This document shows positions 1 to 12,847 of a DNA stretch of 64,000 nucleotides, in pieces; position 1 is the first letter of the stretch; every line of letters begins with the position of its first letter. Below the pieces are notes generated by a model that had not been told where the DNA came from, made no database searches, and worked only from the letters and a program-made list of their open reading frames with translations. This DNA is from Eledone cirrhosa (Eukaryota): positions 125,178,001 to 125,242,000 of the forward strand of contig OZ024740.1 of assembly GCA_964016885.1 (NCBI GenBank), in the 5' to 3' direction. Made by a program: the position numbers and the translations under genes.

Positions 1-599
1 CAGACATCTTAGTTTTCTTTGTATACATCAATTCATATTTCTCTTTCCAATTTTACAGCCAATTGTCGAATAACGATCTCTCTCTCCTTTTCATTTTTTC
101 ATTAGTGTTTCTTTTACGTTCTTATCCTACATATATCTATGGTGTCATCACAACTCTCTTCCTATTTCTATAGAGCAATTTTTGCAACGACATTTTGCAA
201 ACATGAAAATTCACTAGAGATATTTTTGGCCCCATTTCTCATTTAGAAATCTACATGAGAATTACCAAATACAAAATCACAACATATATATTTACTCTCA
301 AGATAAAATCAAATTGAGCTGAAAGCATTTTATTGGAGATGATTTGGCAAAGATTTTCTGATCAGCACTATTTTGGAAACAAAAACCTGCAGGAATGAAA
401 AGAAAACTGTGAATAGAATCTTGGTTGGTATAAAGTCATTATAATTTCTTACATAGCATCCTACAAATTCTGTTACTGAAATGAAATGACTTAATGACAG
501 TTTGTGTATTTTATAGGAAAAGCTGTGCTTGATATTCTTTGAAAAGAAATGTGAAAATAGCAAAGAAGAAAAAAGTGAGAATGGAATGAAATATGGCAG

Positions 600-857
600 T
601 CATCATCATCACCATCTACGTTTTTACATCCACTTTTTGGACGGGTCCTTAGATGTATAGCATCTCCTCCACTCACTGCATTCCTTTATCATTTACTCTG
701 TAAGTCTCAGTGATTTGAGATCAGCTCTGACCACCTCTGCCTAGGTCTTCCTTGGTCTACATCTACTATAGCATCCTTCCACTAGGATTTCCTGGCACTT
801 CTTTATCCAGCGATCATCATCCATGCACATTATATGTCTATATTTATGCAGTGTAAG
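600..857 (-). mobile_element. RTE LINE 3' fragment
   Basis: Minus translation resembles HIMCMDDDRWIKKCQ...RPRKT..EVVRADLKSL, homologous to the ORF end at 47350-47579; (gat)n tail at about 600. Confidence 0.75.
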
Positions 858-1899
858 TTGAAAGGATGGTTGAGTTTGGTAAGTTTAAAAAACAAATTTA
901 TTCTACTACATTGTCCTATATCAGAAAGATTTAATGGAAGATTTGTGTTGTCTATGAAAATCTATTTAGCTCAGTGTCTCAGTTCTCATCACTGTAAATA
1001 GGCACCATGGTATAGCTTAATCTCCTAAAGTTGTAAGATGTGCAACTGACAATTGACTTGTTAGCTACCAGTGATGAGGTCAAGGTTTTCCTTGGACTAG
1101 AGTAAATAAAAAGAAATCAAACTAGTGTACTTTTTCTATGAGATATTAAACTCAGCAGTAGGTATACACCTTGTAACATGGCTCACATGTAATTCTGGGT
1201 TCAATACAGCTGCATGGCCCTTTAGGCAAGTGTCTTTTGTCATACTTACTTACTTGTACTTGTGGTGGTGTTTAACCGGGTTGGGTTGAGCCAGTTCCAT
1301 TAAGGAATTCGCATTGTAAGTTCATTTTAATGGAGTTTCTTCAGGCAATTGGTTTCACAAGTGGTGCCCTGCCACAAGTATATACACTTTAGCGAAGTGC
1401 AATCCAAGCATTACATTCGTTATAGTGTCAAGCACTCACTTTCACACCTAACCCAATTTGGTGGAGCCAGTGTCACAGGACCAGCAGAAGTTCACCCCAC
1501 TGCCCAGTTCAGGCATACCAACACATGGCACCATCTTTTATCATAGACTGGTTTCATTCATTGGACTGCTGAGACACTGCAACACTGCTTTGATGGGCTT
1601 TAGTTGATCATATTAACCCCAATACTTTTATAAACCTAATATGAGTGGAGAAGAGAATCAACTTAAGGACACATAAAAGAACACAAAATAATATTTATTA
1701 CCATGTCTGCTATAGAATTGGTACACTCTCCTTGCATGTCATAGAGGCAACTAAACGGATTGTCACAAGGAAATACATCTGGCTGTAATGCATTGTCTCA
1801 AAAAGAACCCTATGTCATAGTATATGCAAGGCTAACTCCTGCTTTAGTAGGGAAAATGGCACTAAAATGCTTGAAATTATTGTAGCATTGTATATTGCA

Positions 1900-2450
1900 C
1901 AAATTTTGCTTGAAGATAGTAGTTGCATAAATAAATGCAGAGAAAGCCTAGTGGCTGGGACCAATGGAAGAAGCAGCCCCGAAAACATGGGATGAGGTTG
2001 TGAAGACTGACCTTTAAAAGCTAAATGTTACAACAGAAATGATTAACGATTGTGAGGGCTGGGGCTATGCAGTGTTGAAGAAGACCTAACCTGTGCATAC
2101 AATGTAACTTGACCTACCAATGTAACTAGCACTCCCTAACACTTATTCACAACATCACAACTTCAACTCCCCCTCCACATACTCCCTTACATTCCTAACA
2201 GCTGCCACCCAGACTCCCTGTGAAGCAGTTGGTAATAAGAAGAGCATCCAGCCTTAGAAAACTTGCAAAACAAAGGGTTGGGAGGACTCTCAGTTGTGTC
2301 AAAGGCATGACAACCTCCTCTGTGCACTTGGTCGAATATGAGACGATTTATAAGTGAGATACAGGTCACTAGCCTGCCTGGGAGATCAGTGGCTCCACTT
2401 CAGTACTGACTTGTTCTGTATAGACCCAGATGTTAAAATGACAATGATGA
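1900..2450 (+). mobile_element. RTE LINE 3' fragment with 3' UTR
   Basis: Degenerate SCINKCR...PRKTWDEVVKTDL...W.YAVLKKT*, the shared 3' UTR motif aagaagagcatccagcc, and a gatga tail. Confidence 0.7.
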
Positions 2451-2860
2451 TATATATATAACCAAACTTTACCTCAATCTCCACCACTCACTGCATTCCT
2501 TTACCTCAATCAAGTTTCATTCTCAAAGTTTATCCCTTGAACCACTTACATCGTAACAACACAGCATGTCTTCCTCATATTTAAAGTTTGTTTTCACTAA
2601 TATATAGACAAGAGCATAGCTGCTAATCATTGTCATGAAACCTAAAGAGGCAAAATACAGTCTACAATGCCTGGAGGAATTCAGTCAGCATCATTAGATA
2701 GGTGATCTTTACCAGTAGCTACAATGCATGCAAAATAATTTATAGGGAAGTAGAGGGTACTTTTACACACTTGATATTTTTCTTGCCTTTCAAATTGTCA
2801 CTAAGGTCTTTTTCCTAATTTAGAGGAAATTTACTAATTTTGATGGTTTCTTTCACTCGA

Positions 2861-3058
2861 TACACCTCAAACATGGAGATTCACTAAACACTACCTCTAA
2901 ATATGCTCCCCACTCCTTTAACTCACTACACCTCAAACATGGGGATTCTCTAAACATTACTTCTAAATTTTCTCCCCAATTCTTTCACCTGCTACACCTC
3001 AAACATGATGATTCTCTAGACAATACTTCTACATTTGCTCTCCACACCATTCTCAATT
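2861..3058. repeat. 66-bp minisatellite, 3 diverged copies
   Basis: tacacctcaaacatg recurs at 2861, 2927 and 2993 with similar downstream sequence. Confidence 0.85.
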
Positions 3059-3266
3059 TCACTTTGCAAAACCAAACCATTTCCTGAAGTCAATGATTGA
3101 ACACCTACATCCTGACTCGTCCTCCTAGAAACAGCATACAAATCTCCCTCAAAACACCCCTTACTGTATCTATAAAAAGAACAAAGATAATCTGGTTCTG
3201 GGTTCCCTGCACATCAAAAATATACAAGATGATTACAGCTGGAATGTATTCAATCATAGGTCTGAT

Positions 3267-4610
3267 TCATCTGAACTGATGAACTGACACAAAGCTAAAC
3301 ATCATTGCAACCACAGTTGAACATTCTTGACAAAGTCTCTCTACTGAGGTTTGTATCATCTGAGAGTTTATTGATGAAGGTTCGAGCAGGTCTTCCTTTA
3401 CTGCATCTCCTGTGAGTTGGTTTCCACAATAGTAGCTTGTGGATAACTTCCTGCTTACATATCCAGCAATGTCCAACAAATCGTAACCATCTTTGAGCAA
3501 TTGTAGGTGTTATCTTGGGCACATTTCCATCTAAACTTTCATTGGTAATACCTTGAGGTCAGTTTATATTTTCTACAACCAGAAGCATTTTAGAGTATGT
3601 ACCATCTAGTTTTTCCTCAGGTGCTTGCATCAGGGTCCATGTATCTGATCCATATAAAAACATTAACTCAATAGATGTTCTAAAGAATGGTATTTTTATT
3701 TTTCCGGGTATATCTGACTTCCGTAACTTTTCCATTTTGTTCATTTCAGCCCTGACAGTGGAAATTCTAATGTCTTAGTCCTTTTTTGATGAATTTGTAG
3801 CGAATATTTGGGTTGTAACGGATAAGTCGATAGATGGAATTGTTGGTATGATCGTTTCAATGCAAAGAATAATACCAGGATTGTGTTGTCACAATGTTTA
3901 TTTTATTATAACAACATTCAATTTGAATATTGAATGATAAAATCTATAACATGATATATTCGTACAATAAGTAGGTGGCTCTTCGAGCCACGTAAATACA
4001 AGTATCACAGAATACGATTATAAGATAATTTGTATTGTATCTGAAAGATACAATGTGACAGAAATGGTACATATAAAAATGCAAGCAGTATGAACTTACT
4101 GTGTGTGCATGTGTGAGTATTAGTATACTTTCTTGTTTTAGCAGTAGTAGTAATCACTCAGCCAGGCGTATAAGGTGTGTGAGAAAATAGTATGCAGGCT
4201 GGTTTTTCATGACTAGAGCTTGTAAATGCGACTTGTCTTGTCTGTATATCACTTTTTCTGCCGGGGCGTAATCAACACTTGTATTTATAAGGTTGAAGTT
4301 AGAAGGATAGATATAACCTCTGACCTTTGGTTAGTATCTCCCAAGGGGTTGGTTTGCCAGGCGTAAACAACTCAGAAAGATCGATATATCCTCGACCTAT
4401 TTTCTGCCAGGTGTAAACAACCTCTGATCTGTGTTTAGCATCTCCCAAGGGGTTGGTCTGCCGGGCGTAAACAACTAACCACGGCTTGTCCCAGAGGCAG
4501 GAAAGATCATATTCGGTTTTGAATCTTCACCGCCGTTATAAATTCATTCAGTTGCCCAAATATAGAAAATCATCAACTTGATATCCTATTCCACTATGTA
4601 ATGTGACACA
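3267..4610 (-). mobile_element. Decayed RTE-like LINE (RT C-terminal part) split by a solo LTR
   Basis: QVDDFLYLGN*MN|SSKKD*DIRI rejoins across the LTR; then FLYGSDTWTL...LDGTYSKML and LRFVGHCW...LLLWKPTH...GRPARTF. Confidence 0.8.
3796..4540 (-). mobile_element. Solo LTR (745 bp), 4-bp TSD AATT, probably Ty3/Gypsy
   Basis: AATT at 3792-3795 and 4541-4544. Ends tgtagcg...cgttata form an imperfect TG..CA inverted repeat. The minus strand has a TATAAATA box (about 4282-4289), AATAAA (about 3898-3907) and U3-like repeats (ccaggcgtaaacaac, atctcccaaggggttgg). Removing it restores the LINE frame. Confidence 0.8.
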
Positions 4611-5711
4611 AAGCTAAACAACTAAACATCCCTCCCAAGTGCATCTTCTTCATTATTTCGGTTAGACATCAAGCACAAATATGTCACAGAGTGAACATCT
4701 ATGATATCGCTTGGTATCTACAAACAACAATCAATTTTTTCTGCAGCCACATCTTAAAACAGATACATTGGATATACAAAACTGCAAGGATAGTCATTGC
4801 TAGAATATATTTGGTTGCAAGTTTGTCGATCAAACATGAGCTGGGGCTTAACAACAAACTTTTCTAGCTTATTTCAGAGCTTACTAATGTGTCCCAGAGG
4901 GTTCATCATTCAGAGATACTTCAGGAAAATTGACAAAATTGATAGATCATTTTCTTTATAGATCAAATTATAGAATAATTAAAGAAGAAAAAATGTTATT
5001 ATTCATCATTTCTATCATCACTACCATCATCACCTTAATTTCCACCACCCCTATTAATGAAACTGACATCATGATTTTTTTAAGTCCCAGGGACATATCA
5101 CCCCATGGTCAGATCCCTAGGCTTTCATATATTTCATGCCCCCTCAATATTTCATATCACTACAGCAAAAAAAAAAAAAAAAATTGACAAGCCCACAAGT
5201 TTCAACACAGGCGACCATATATATAGTACAACCTTCCTCATTTCCACTAACTATGTTTTCCTTGCATCATTTTTATACTTGTCTTTCTTCTTCCTACCCT
5301 GTTTATCCACCTCAATTACATTATTATCATTAATAATTAATATCTAATTAATACAAGTCAGCATATTTCCTTTACTACTTAAAAAATAATTGAAAATATA
5401 ACCAGTAGTGTTTTTGTTTTTTTAATAAAAAAAGAAAATATGAAAATAAAACAAAAAATCAACAGCATAAACCATACAAAAAACAAGAGAGTAACAAAAA
5501 ATCTATATTTTCTTTACATCACCATAACAACATTATCATTTCTGAAAGTCTGGCGCTAAACAGATTGTGGTTGCCAACTGCTAAAATTATCCAAACTTAC
5601 CATTCTTAATAGGTTTGCAGATTAATTAAAATGTAATGATAACCTGCATGCAACAAAAGAGGAATTTCTTTATTTGTCTTTAGAGAATTTTATTTCATCT
5701 CATCTTCTTAT

Positions 5712-5742
<31 letters not shown>

Positions 5743-5851
5743 ATGTCTGCAGATGCGTGGAAGGGGCAGGGAATATTTTGTTTTTAACTTCTTTTTCAAA
5801 TTCATTAGATTTGATTGATTAATTCAAACAAATAAACAAACACTAATAATA

Positions 5852-5854
<3 letters not shown>

Positions 5855-5931
<77 letters not shown>
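5855..5931. repeat. (AT)n microsatellite. Similar tracts at about 8340, 12725, 16220-16490, 16880, 17425, 19140, 19500, 20670, 23220, 23530-23645, 44272, 48100 and 48595-48685
   Basis: Long perfect or near-perfect TA runs, often mixed with (TG)n, (CA)n and (AG)n. Confidence 0.98.
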
Positions 5932-5932
<1 letters not shown>

Positions 5933-6227
5933 TTATATAAATAGGAATAAAAAACAAATATGAAATTTAAAATTTAAATATAAATTGTAAAAGTGGGATA
6001 ATCTTTTGAATTGGAAGTCTCATGTTTGTTCCTTTGTTTCGTGTTATTGATAGTTGTTCTTGATATAGACGTATTTTGTTGCTGGTGCTGCTGTTGCTGC
6101 TACTGTTGGTGTTGTTGAGGTTTCAGACTGCCAATAGCATTTGCATTATTAGTAGAATAATTACAAATCTAATGAATACGATAATTAGTTCCTATAGCTT
6201 TGGATTTTGTCACTTCAGTCTTGGAGT

Positions 6228-6298
6228 CTAGTTTGCTAAGCAGAGACAGCAGTCAGGAAGTCTACCTTTACCATATTTCTTCAGATAAGCCTTAAAGG
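6228..6298 (-). CDS. Putative terminal coding exon of host gene: (A)FKAYLKKYGKGRLPDCCLCLAN*
   Basis: Minus-strand pyrimidine tract and acceptor ttttggtttttgtttcctataag| (an AAG acceptor, which is less common). 2 nt plus 23 codons ending in TAG at 6230-6228. The phase-1 start matches the phase-1 end of the 24850-24778 exon (G+CC=Ala). AT-rich UTR-like sequence with minus-strand AATAAA near 5670-5695 follows. Confidence 0.6.
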
Positions 6299-8336
6299 CT
6301 TATAGGAAACAAAAACCAAAAGTAAATAATGAAATCTGCTAATCAGCATATTGGAGAAACATTAAAACTAATGGTTCATTCATTGATAATGAACAGGAAG
6401 AGACATGCGATAAAAAAAAAACATTACTTTAAGAATGTGAGAATGAAGAAAAGGAATATGAGGGAGGGAGGTAAGAACTGAAAACCTCACCAACATAAAA
6501 CTACTAAGAAGCATGCTTTACATGCAGACATATACAGAGATAAACATATACATGCCTATCCACACATTTGGTTCCCCTGTGATGAAATGTCAAGTGTAAA
6601 ACATTTTAAAAAATTCTAACAGTTTAAATTGCATAGTTATGTTTGTATTTTCTCACAAACATACCTCCTCCCCTCTATTTTCTCTGCCTACCAACTTGCC
6701 TTTCTACTATCCATCTCTTTAGCAATCATATTTATTCTCTATATTTTTCTGATAATTTTATTTATTTATTTTCTAAACCACGTTTCCCTCAGTGTCAAAA
6801 ACTTTCTCATTTTATTATTATTAATTTTTTGGACTGACAGCTTTATTTTAGCATTGGACAAAGTGACTTGCACTATTTGTTCCAGTTATGTATCTTCTGA
6901 GTTCCATTCGCACCATGGTCAACTTCACCCTTCACTTTTCAAAGTCAATAAAATAAAGCACCAATTAAGTACTGGAAACGTTTGAATCAAATTTGCAGGT
7001 CACATCTATGAACGCTTAGCTGGCCTCCGACAAGATTATATTAAATATGAGGTTTCTCGGCTGTTTTACTGATAGGGTCACAGTCCTATCATCTAGCACT
7101 ACTGTTAGAAATTGTTTTATTCTTTAAAGCAATCGCCCACTACCTCAACCTCTCTTACTTCATATCTTTTTATGTGTCTCCTTACTATATATATTTTTCA
7201 CTCTCTTTAACTACTGTCACCTACTATTTATCTTGCTCTCTTATTCACACCCTCTCCTATATCTTCTTATGGTATGTCTCTTCCCAAAACACAGTTTTGA
7301 TAAATTATTGCATCAGACTGTAGTTGATGTGAATTAATATTTTCTTTGTTTTATTTACTCCATAACTTTCTGATTTTTTGTCTTTTTACATTGAATTTTC
7401 TTAGTTTTAACTTTAGCTTTCTATTGAAAACTAAAGAGACATGGAGACAGGAAGCCTATTAAAAATTAAGTTCGTTGTATTACTTAATGAAGAAATGTGG
7501 AAGAATATATAAAAGAGTCAGTGAAAACTGGTGCAGAATAATATTTCAATAAGTAATTAAAATCGTTTTATTCCATTGATTTTACTATAGGAATTCTGAA
7601 TTTTATTTCTCCTCACCAATGCATATATAGATATATACATATATAGATATATACATATATTAATATATACATTAACAAATAAATATAAACATCTTTTTAT
7701 TTCTCTAATAAGAAACTAATTATTGCAGCAATGAATGAAGCAACTTTATTAATAAAAGAAATGTCTATAAATGTTTCTGTCGATATATGCAAAAAAAATG
7801 TATTTGCAAATATTATATATATATATCATTCACAGCTTAGTTATGGCCTTTTATATTCAAATCCTTCTGAGATTACCTTTTCCTTCCCTTCATACAATGT
7901 CGATAAAATAAAATACCAATAATGCAATTGAATATAATATTATATAATATATTTTACTCTCCACTCAAATTTTTGGCCTTGTGCCTAAATCAGAAACCAG
8001 CTGGATGAATGGAAGTTTATGCTCCTCTTCCCATCATATTAAGAGCCAGGTTGTGAGAGGGACTATGAATGGATGATATATGAGGTTTGGATAAGCAAAG
8101 CCTCGGGCATATTCACGGAACACTATATTAAAAAAGTTAAGTATGGGGGAGGTATATATACAAACACACAGACATGTGTATATGTGTATATACTTTTTTT
8201 TCTGTTGGTTTATTTCACAAAGGCTTGGCTATAGCTCTAATTTCTAAATATTTGTAAGGCATTTTCTGTGAATGAATACTTCAGTCAGACAAAATAAGAT
8301 CTTGTAAGCATTCATATCTAGTTACCATATGCACAC

Positions 8337-8377
<41 letters not shown>

Positions 8378-10958
8378 TATATATACATAAGTGACATAAT
8401 TTCCTATGTTCCTCATCAGTGGGATCTTGCCCTTGGAAAATTTGTTATCATTACTATTGATTTCAAACATGTCTAGCACATCAATCCCCTAGGAAAATTG
8501 CCCACATGGCCTTCAATTTCTTATCTCTAGAACTGATAGCTTCCTATCAGATGGCAATGTTGCAGTGCCTGCAAATGGTTATATCTCTAATGAACACACT
8601 AGCAACACCAATATGTCATAGGGCTCATCTTTGCTTTCTTTACAACACTTTTTCTCACATACATCAGCATACTATTTTCCCTCGTTTCCAACAATGCTTA
8701 CCCTATGAAAATGATACCACTTTTCATTCCACCCTTACTCTATACATTCAAGCCTCAAAAGTTAACAAGTAGCCTTGACACCTCACACTAAATCTCCATG
8801 AACAGAGAGTTTGAAAACATCTTCCAATTAGGAAATGCCAATCTTTTCTAGAACAGCAAAAATATACAATCATTAAACATATCAAGAGATGCAATGGTAT
8901 CTTATGCAGGCTGACACAAACATAGCATGCATATAGTAGAAGCACAAAAGAGGTTAGTAGTAAAAGCACTCATAAATTATATTCTTTCAAATGAGGTAAA
9001 GTAACTAACAATAAAGGTGTTCTCAGATCATGGAAGCCAGAGTAGAACATGGTGAAAAAGATCATTCAGCTTTTACTTTTGTTGGCAACAAAGGCATTCG
9101 TTTTCTGAGTGAAGGGCATATTGTATAATGCTTTTGTATGAAGTGAGATGCTGCATCATAGCAAAGTTTGCTTTGAATGTGGTGGATATATGATAGCTTG
9201 AAAGTAGTTATAGAATCAGGTTTCAATGTATGTGTAATAGTAATATCATGAATGGTGAATCACAAATGAGCTTTGAGAAAAAGTGGATTTAAGAGAAATC
9301 AGGTGCAATATGCACAAGAAAAAGACTGAGATGAAATGGATGTATGATGCATATGGAGGATGACATTTGAATAAAGATGTACAAAGTAATGAAAACCGAA
9401 TTCAACAACAGAAGAGGAAAACAAAAATTTACATGGAACATGATGAAGAATGGAATCATGTGGCTAAACCACATGAAGGAGGTAACAAAATATTACAAAG
9501 AGTAGGAAGTGTGTTTGATGAGACGCATCACATCCTGGAAAAAGTAGCAAGGAATAATTATGAGGATGGTATATGACAGTTTTCAGAACAAGTAGCACTG
9601 ACTAATTAACAAAAACAAAATCAACAAATAACACAAAGCACTCTTCAAAATGAGCAAAGTAGTTTTTAAATTCCCTTTCTGAGTTAACATGTCAGTCCCC
9701 ATCACTTCTAAAATCAACCAAATCAACCTCAAATGAAGTCCTGTTGTCTTAAGAAACAAAAACATTAGATGAAGTGCTAAACACTCATATATGTCTGAAA
9801 ATAAGACTTGATTGTCTTGACTAGAATGTTTATGACTATAGATGTGATTGCCCACATATGATCTAGGGCTAAACTTCAACAACAAATTCATTACATATTT
9901 GACAGTGATCAACATTAATACAATATATCATTTACATCTAATGCATTCTTCTTCGGGAGGACCGTAGTGTTTATTACAATCTTTTTATGAGTAAGTAATC
10001 AATTAACCTGATTGATATAAAATCAGGTGGCTGGTTTCCTGAAATGTGTGTTGCAAATCGTTAGTTCATTTGCATCACAGAATTACAGTAACCTCATTCC
10101 ATATTTATTTCTTGAGCCATAGCCATTGCCACTGTGAGCTCCACAGAATCCATTCTGGTACTGCCTAACATGTTCATTAATTTGCCTGCCAATATGACGA
10201 TGTCTCTTTCATTAGTGCCTGAATTTTTTTGCAAAAGTTCCTCGTGTAGCTTTGTGCACTTAATAGGTGTTTACATGATTCGGTTATTTTTAACATTCTT
10301 TTAATATATTCTAAAATTATTTCTTTCATAACTTCATTTACAATGTGATAATAGGTTTTGTAGTACACATTAGTATAAATCTAGCACTATTTAAGTGTAT
10401 GGTATTCTTTTTGTAATTATCTATTATAATATTATAGATAGTGAAATATCTATAGTTACTGAAACTATATATATTATTATTTAACATTTTAATTATTATT
10501 TTAGGCTTCCATAATTCTAACATTATTCCCTAATGTAGTTAAGCATTATGAGTTATATCCCAGTAAGGTTAGTTTTGGCTGCCATACTTACAGGGTCAAT
10601 AAAATACAGTACCAGTAATGCACTGAGGTAGATGTAATTAACTTTAACATTCCCAACCCCACCAAATTCTGGCTTTGTGCCAAATGTAGAAAAAATATTT
10701 ATAATTTTGCTTATTTCTCAGATTGGTAATTTAAATCACATAGAGTAAATTATTTGTGTTTTATTAACTGTGATGAGCGACGTTTACTGGAGGAACATTT
10801 TATTCCTGTTAGTCTAGCAACATTTTCGTAAATCCATATATATTGAGTGTCTGCACTATAGAGACCATACATACCACAAATCAAAATAGTACTCGATGCC
10901 TGGTAAGATACAAAGTCGGTATATTAGTGAGGTAGAGGATTCACTGCACACTCAGATA

Positions 10959-11140
10959 ATTTCGTATTTCTAAAGAAATACGAAATTTCTATACATATTT
11001 GTATAACGCTATGCTTGCAGCTTCATATGCAAATGAGATAAATCACCTCCTTTACACAGACGAGAAACTATATATTTTAGCCCCGGTGTTTGCATAGCTA
11101 CGGCTTCCTAAAACCGTGTTTCTTTAGAAATACGAAATTT
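10959..11140. mobile_element. Short non-autonomous element with 20-bp (sub)terminal inverted repeats, HINE/Helentron-like or MITE
   Basis: atttcgtatttctaaagaaa at about 10959, itself part of a palindrome, and its reverse complement tttctttagaaatacgaaat at about 11119-11138; small internal hairpin acgg...ccgt. Confidence 0.45.
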
Positions 11141-11548
11141 CTATACACACACACACACACACACATGTATATATATACTATAAAGTATGACTATAGAATC
11201 ATTTGATAATATTTATACACCATTTCCTCTCCCAATTAGCATAATTAACCACACAAAAAATCAATTAGACCAGGCTATAAGATTAAAAGGCACCTATGAA
11301 GAAATAGTAGATAAATAAACGACAGCAATCTCTTCGCGGCAAACCGCCATAAAATATTTAACCAAATTTTCAATAGCACGTGGAAATCGATTAAATATAC
11401 CGTCAACCATACACAATTAGGTATAAAATTAAAGTTAGAAGAAATGCATATACACATACCAGGATTACGTTTAATATATATAGTAATAAGAATATTTATA
11501 TTTATATATGTTTGATATAACTATAAATATGTTGGGTTGTACTAAGTA

Positions 11549-12222
11549 CTAGCCGGTTACCGGTATGACAAAAGGCTCAATGCAAATTTTCAAGTGTTTT
11601 ACAGAGCCGAGATACAAAGTGTTAAAACGATCAAATTTTAGTTTAGAACATTTATTCCAGAGGCAAGTGTGGAATCATCGGAGCATAAGGAATGTCGAAA
11701 CATGTAACTAAAATCCCTGTCATTTAGAACATTTAGGGTACGTAATTGTTATTAGTGTCAAAGGCATCGTGTGGAGAGTCAAGATGTTCTGAAGATATTA
11801 AAAAGTGTAATACTCTGCATTTCAATATTACTCAATGTAAAATGTAATGCATGAAAAATTGGAAAACATTATATTTTGTAATATATAAAATCAAAATTAC
11901 ATTATTAAATTTTATTCTTATTTTATTTCTTTTAAATATTTTTTTTCAAAATATCAATTCAAAACTTTTGTGAATAGGCATCTTATCTTGTGATTTACCT
12001 ATGGTTTAAATTTCATATAAATCGAAGGGAAACAATTTTCAGCGGAGGTTTTCAGTGATTGTTTGTGACCCCGGGGAACCCCTTGATTAAAATGAAATAT
12101 TCTTGGGCAATGTAGTTTCAGAATATATATGGTTATGGATGTCTATCTCCAAAACCATAGGAGGAGTTCGTGAATAAACAAAGAAACAGATAGGAACTAT
12201 AACCTTATACACATATATATAT
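11549..12222 (-). mobile_element. Probable non-autonomous Helitron-like element
   Basis: Minus-strand end taccggtaaccggCTAG|t (hairpin plus CTAG). The other end, ctatatatat...ctatctgtttctttgtt...aactcctcc, resembles the 5' ends of non-autonomous rolling-circle elements. Confidence 0.45.
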
Positions 12223-12229
12223 AGTAATA

Positions 12230-12724
12230 ATAATAAATTTGAAAACAAAAATCCAAAGAGGGCACGATAAGGTTAAATATATATCAAATATATAAGAACC
12301 CTAGAGCAAATATTTATTAAAACAACAGATTAAAGTTTAAGCAAAGAATCGCTGCTTTCACCCTTAACGGGTTCTTCTGAAACTAAAAAAATCAATCTGT
12401 GAACGCAGAAGTAAATATTTCGAAAAACGTTGTAACCGAAGGAAAACAGTTAAACAGTACTTTGGTTCGTGGAGACGATCCTTGGCAATGAACGGGAAAA
12501 AGTGAAGATAATACGTCATTATGTGGAGCGTGGAGAACAATTACACACAAAGACAAAAGCAAGTGTATGGTTTAAATGAAGTCGTAGACTAATATTCTAC
12601 TTAGGTGGTTCGGGGCAATAAACGGAAAAAAGCGAAGATAATACGTCATTATGTCGAGCGTAGAGAACAATTACACGCAAAGACAAAAACATATGTATTT
12701 ATATATATAGTATTCATATATATA

Positions 12725-12796
<72 letters not shown>

Positions 12797-12845
12797 TATA
12801 TACTATATATATGTATATATACTATATATATATATACTATATAAA
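12230..12845 (-). repeat. Penelope pseudo-LTR family X, copy 1 (HHR, about 130-bp subrepeats, TA tract)
   Basis: Similar to 15859-16330 (direct) and to 22150-22300 plus 23254-23525 (inverted), where it is the 3' region of a Penelope GIY-YIG ORF. Confidence 0.8.
12334..12384 (-). ncRNA. Type I hammerhead-like motif with variant core CAGAAGA
   Basis: Minus strand: agttt-CAGAAGA-accc(gttaa)gggt-GAA-agca(gcgattctt)tgct-t-aaact. All three stems pair; core U4 is replaced by A. Confidence 0.65.
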
Positions 12846-12847
12846 TA

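Noticed and set aside
6065-6120. CAG/CAA-rich run suggesting polyQ on the minus strand
   Set aside because: It lies downstream of the candidate stop and is bounded by stops; best read as UTR low-complexity sequence.
12470-12700. Regularly spaced repeats as a CRISPR-like array
   Set aside because: Eukaryotic context; the units are whole diverged tandem subrepeats with no unique spacers and no cas genes.
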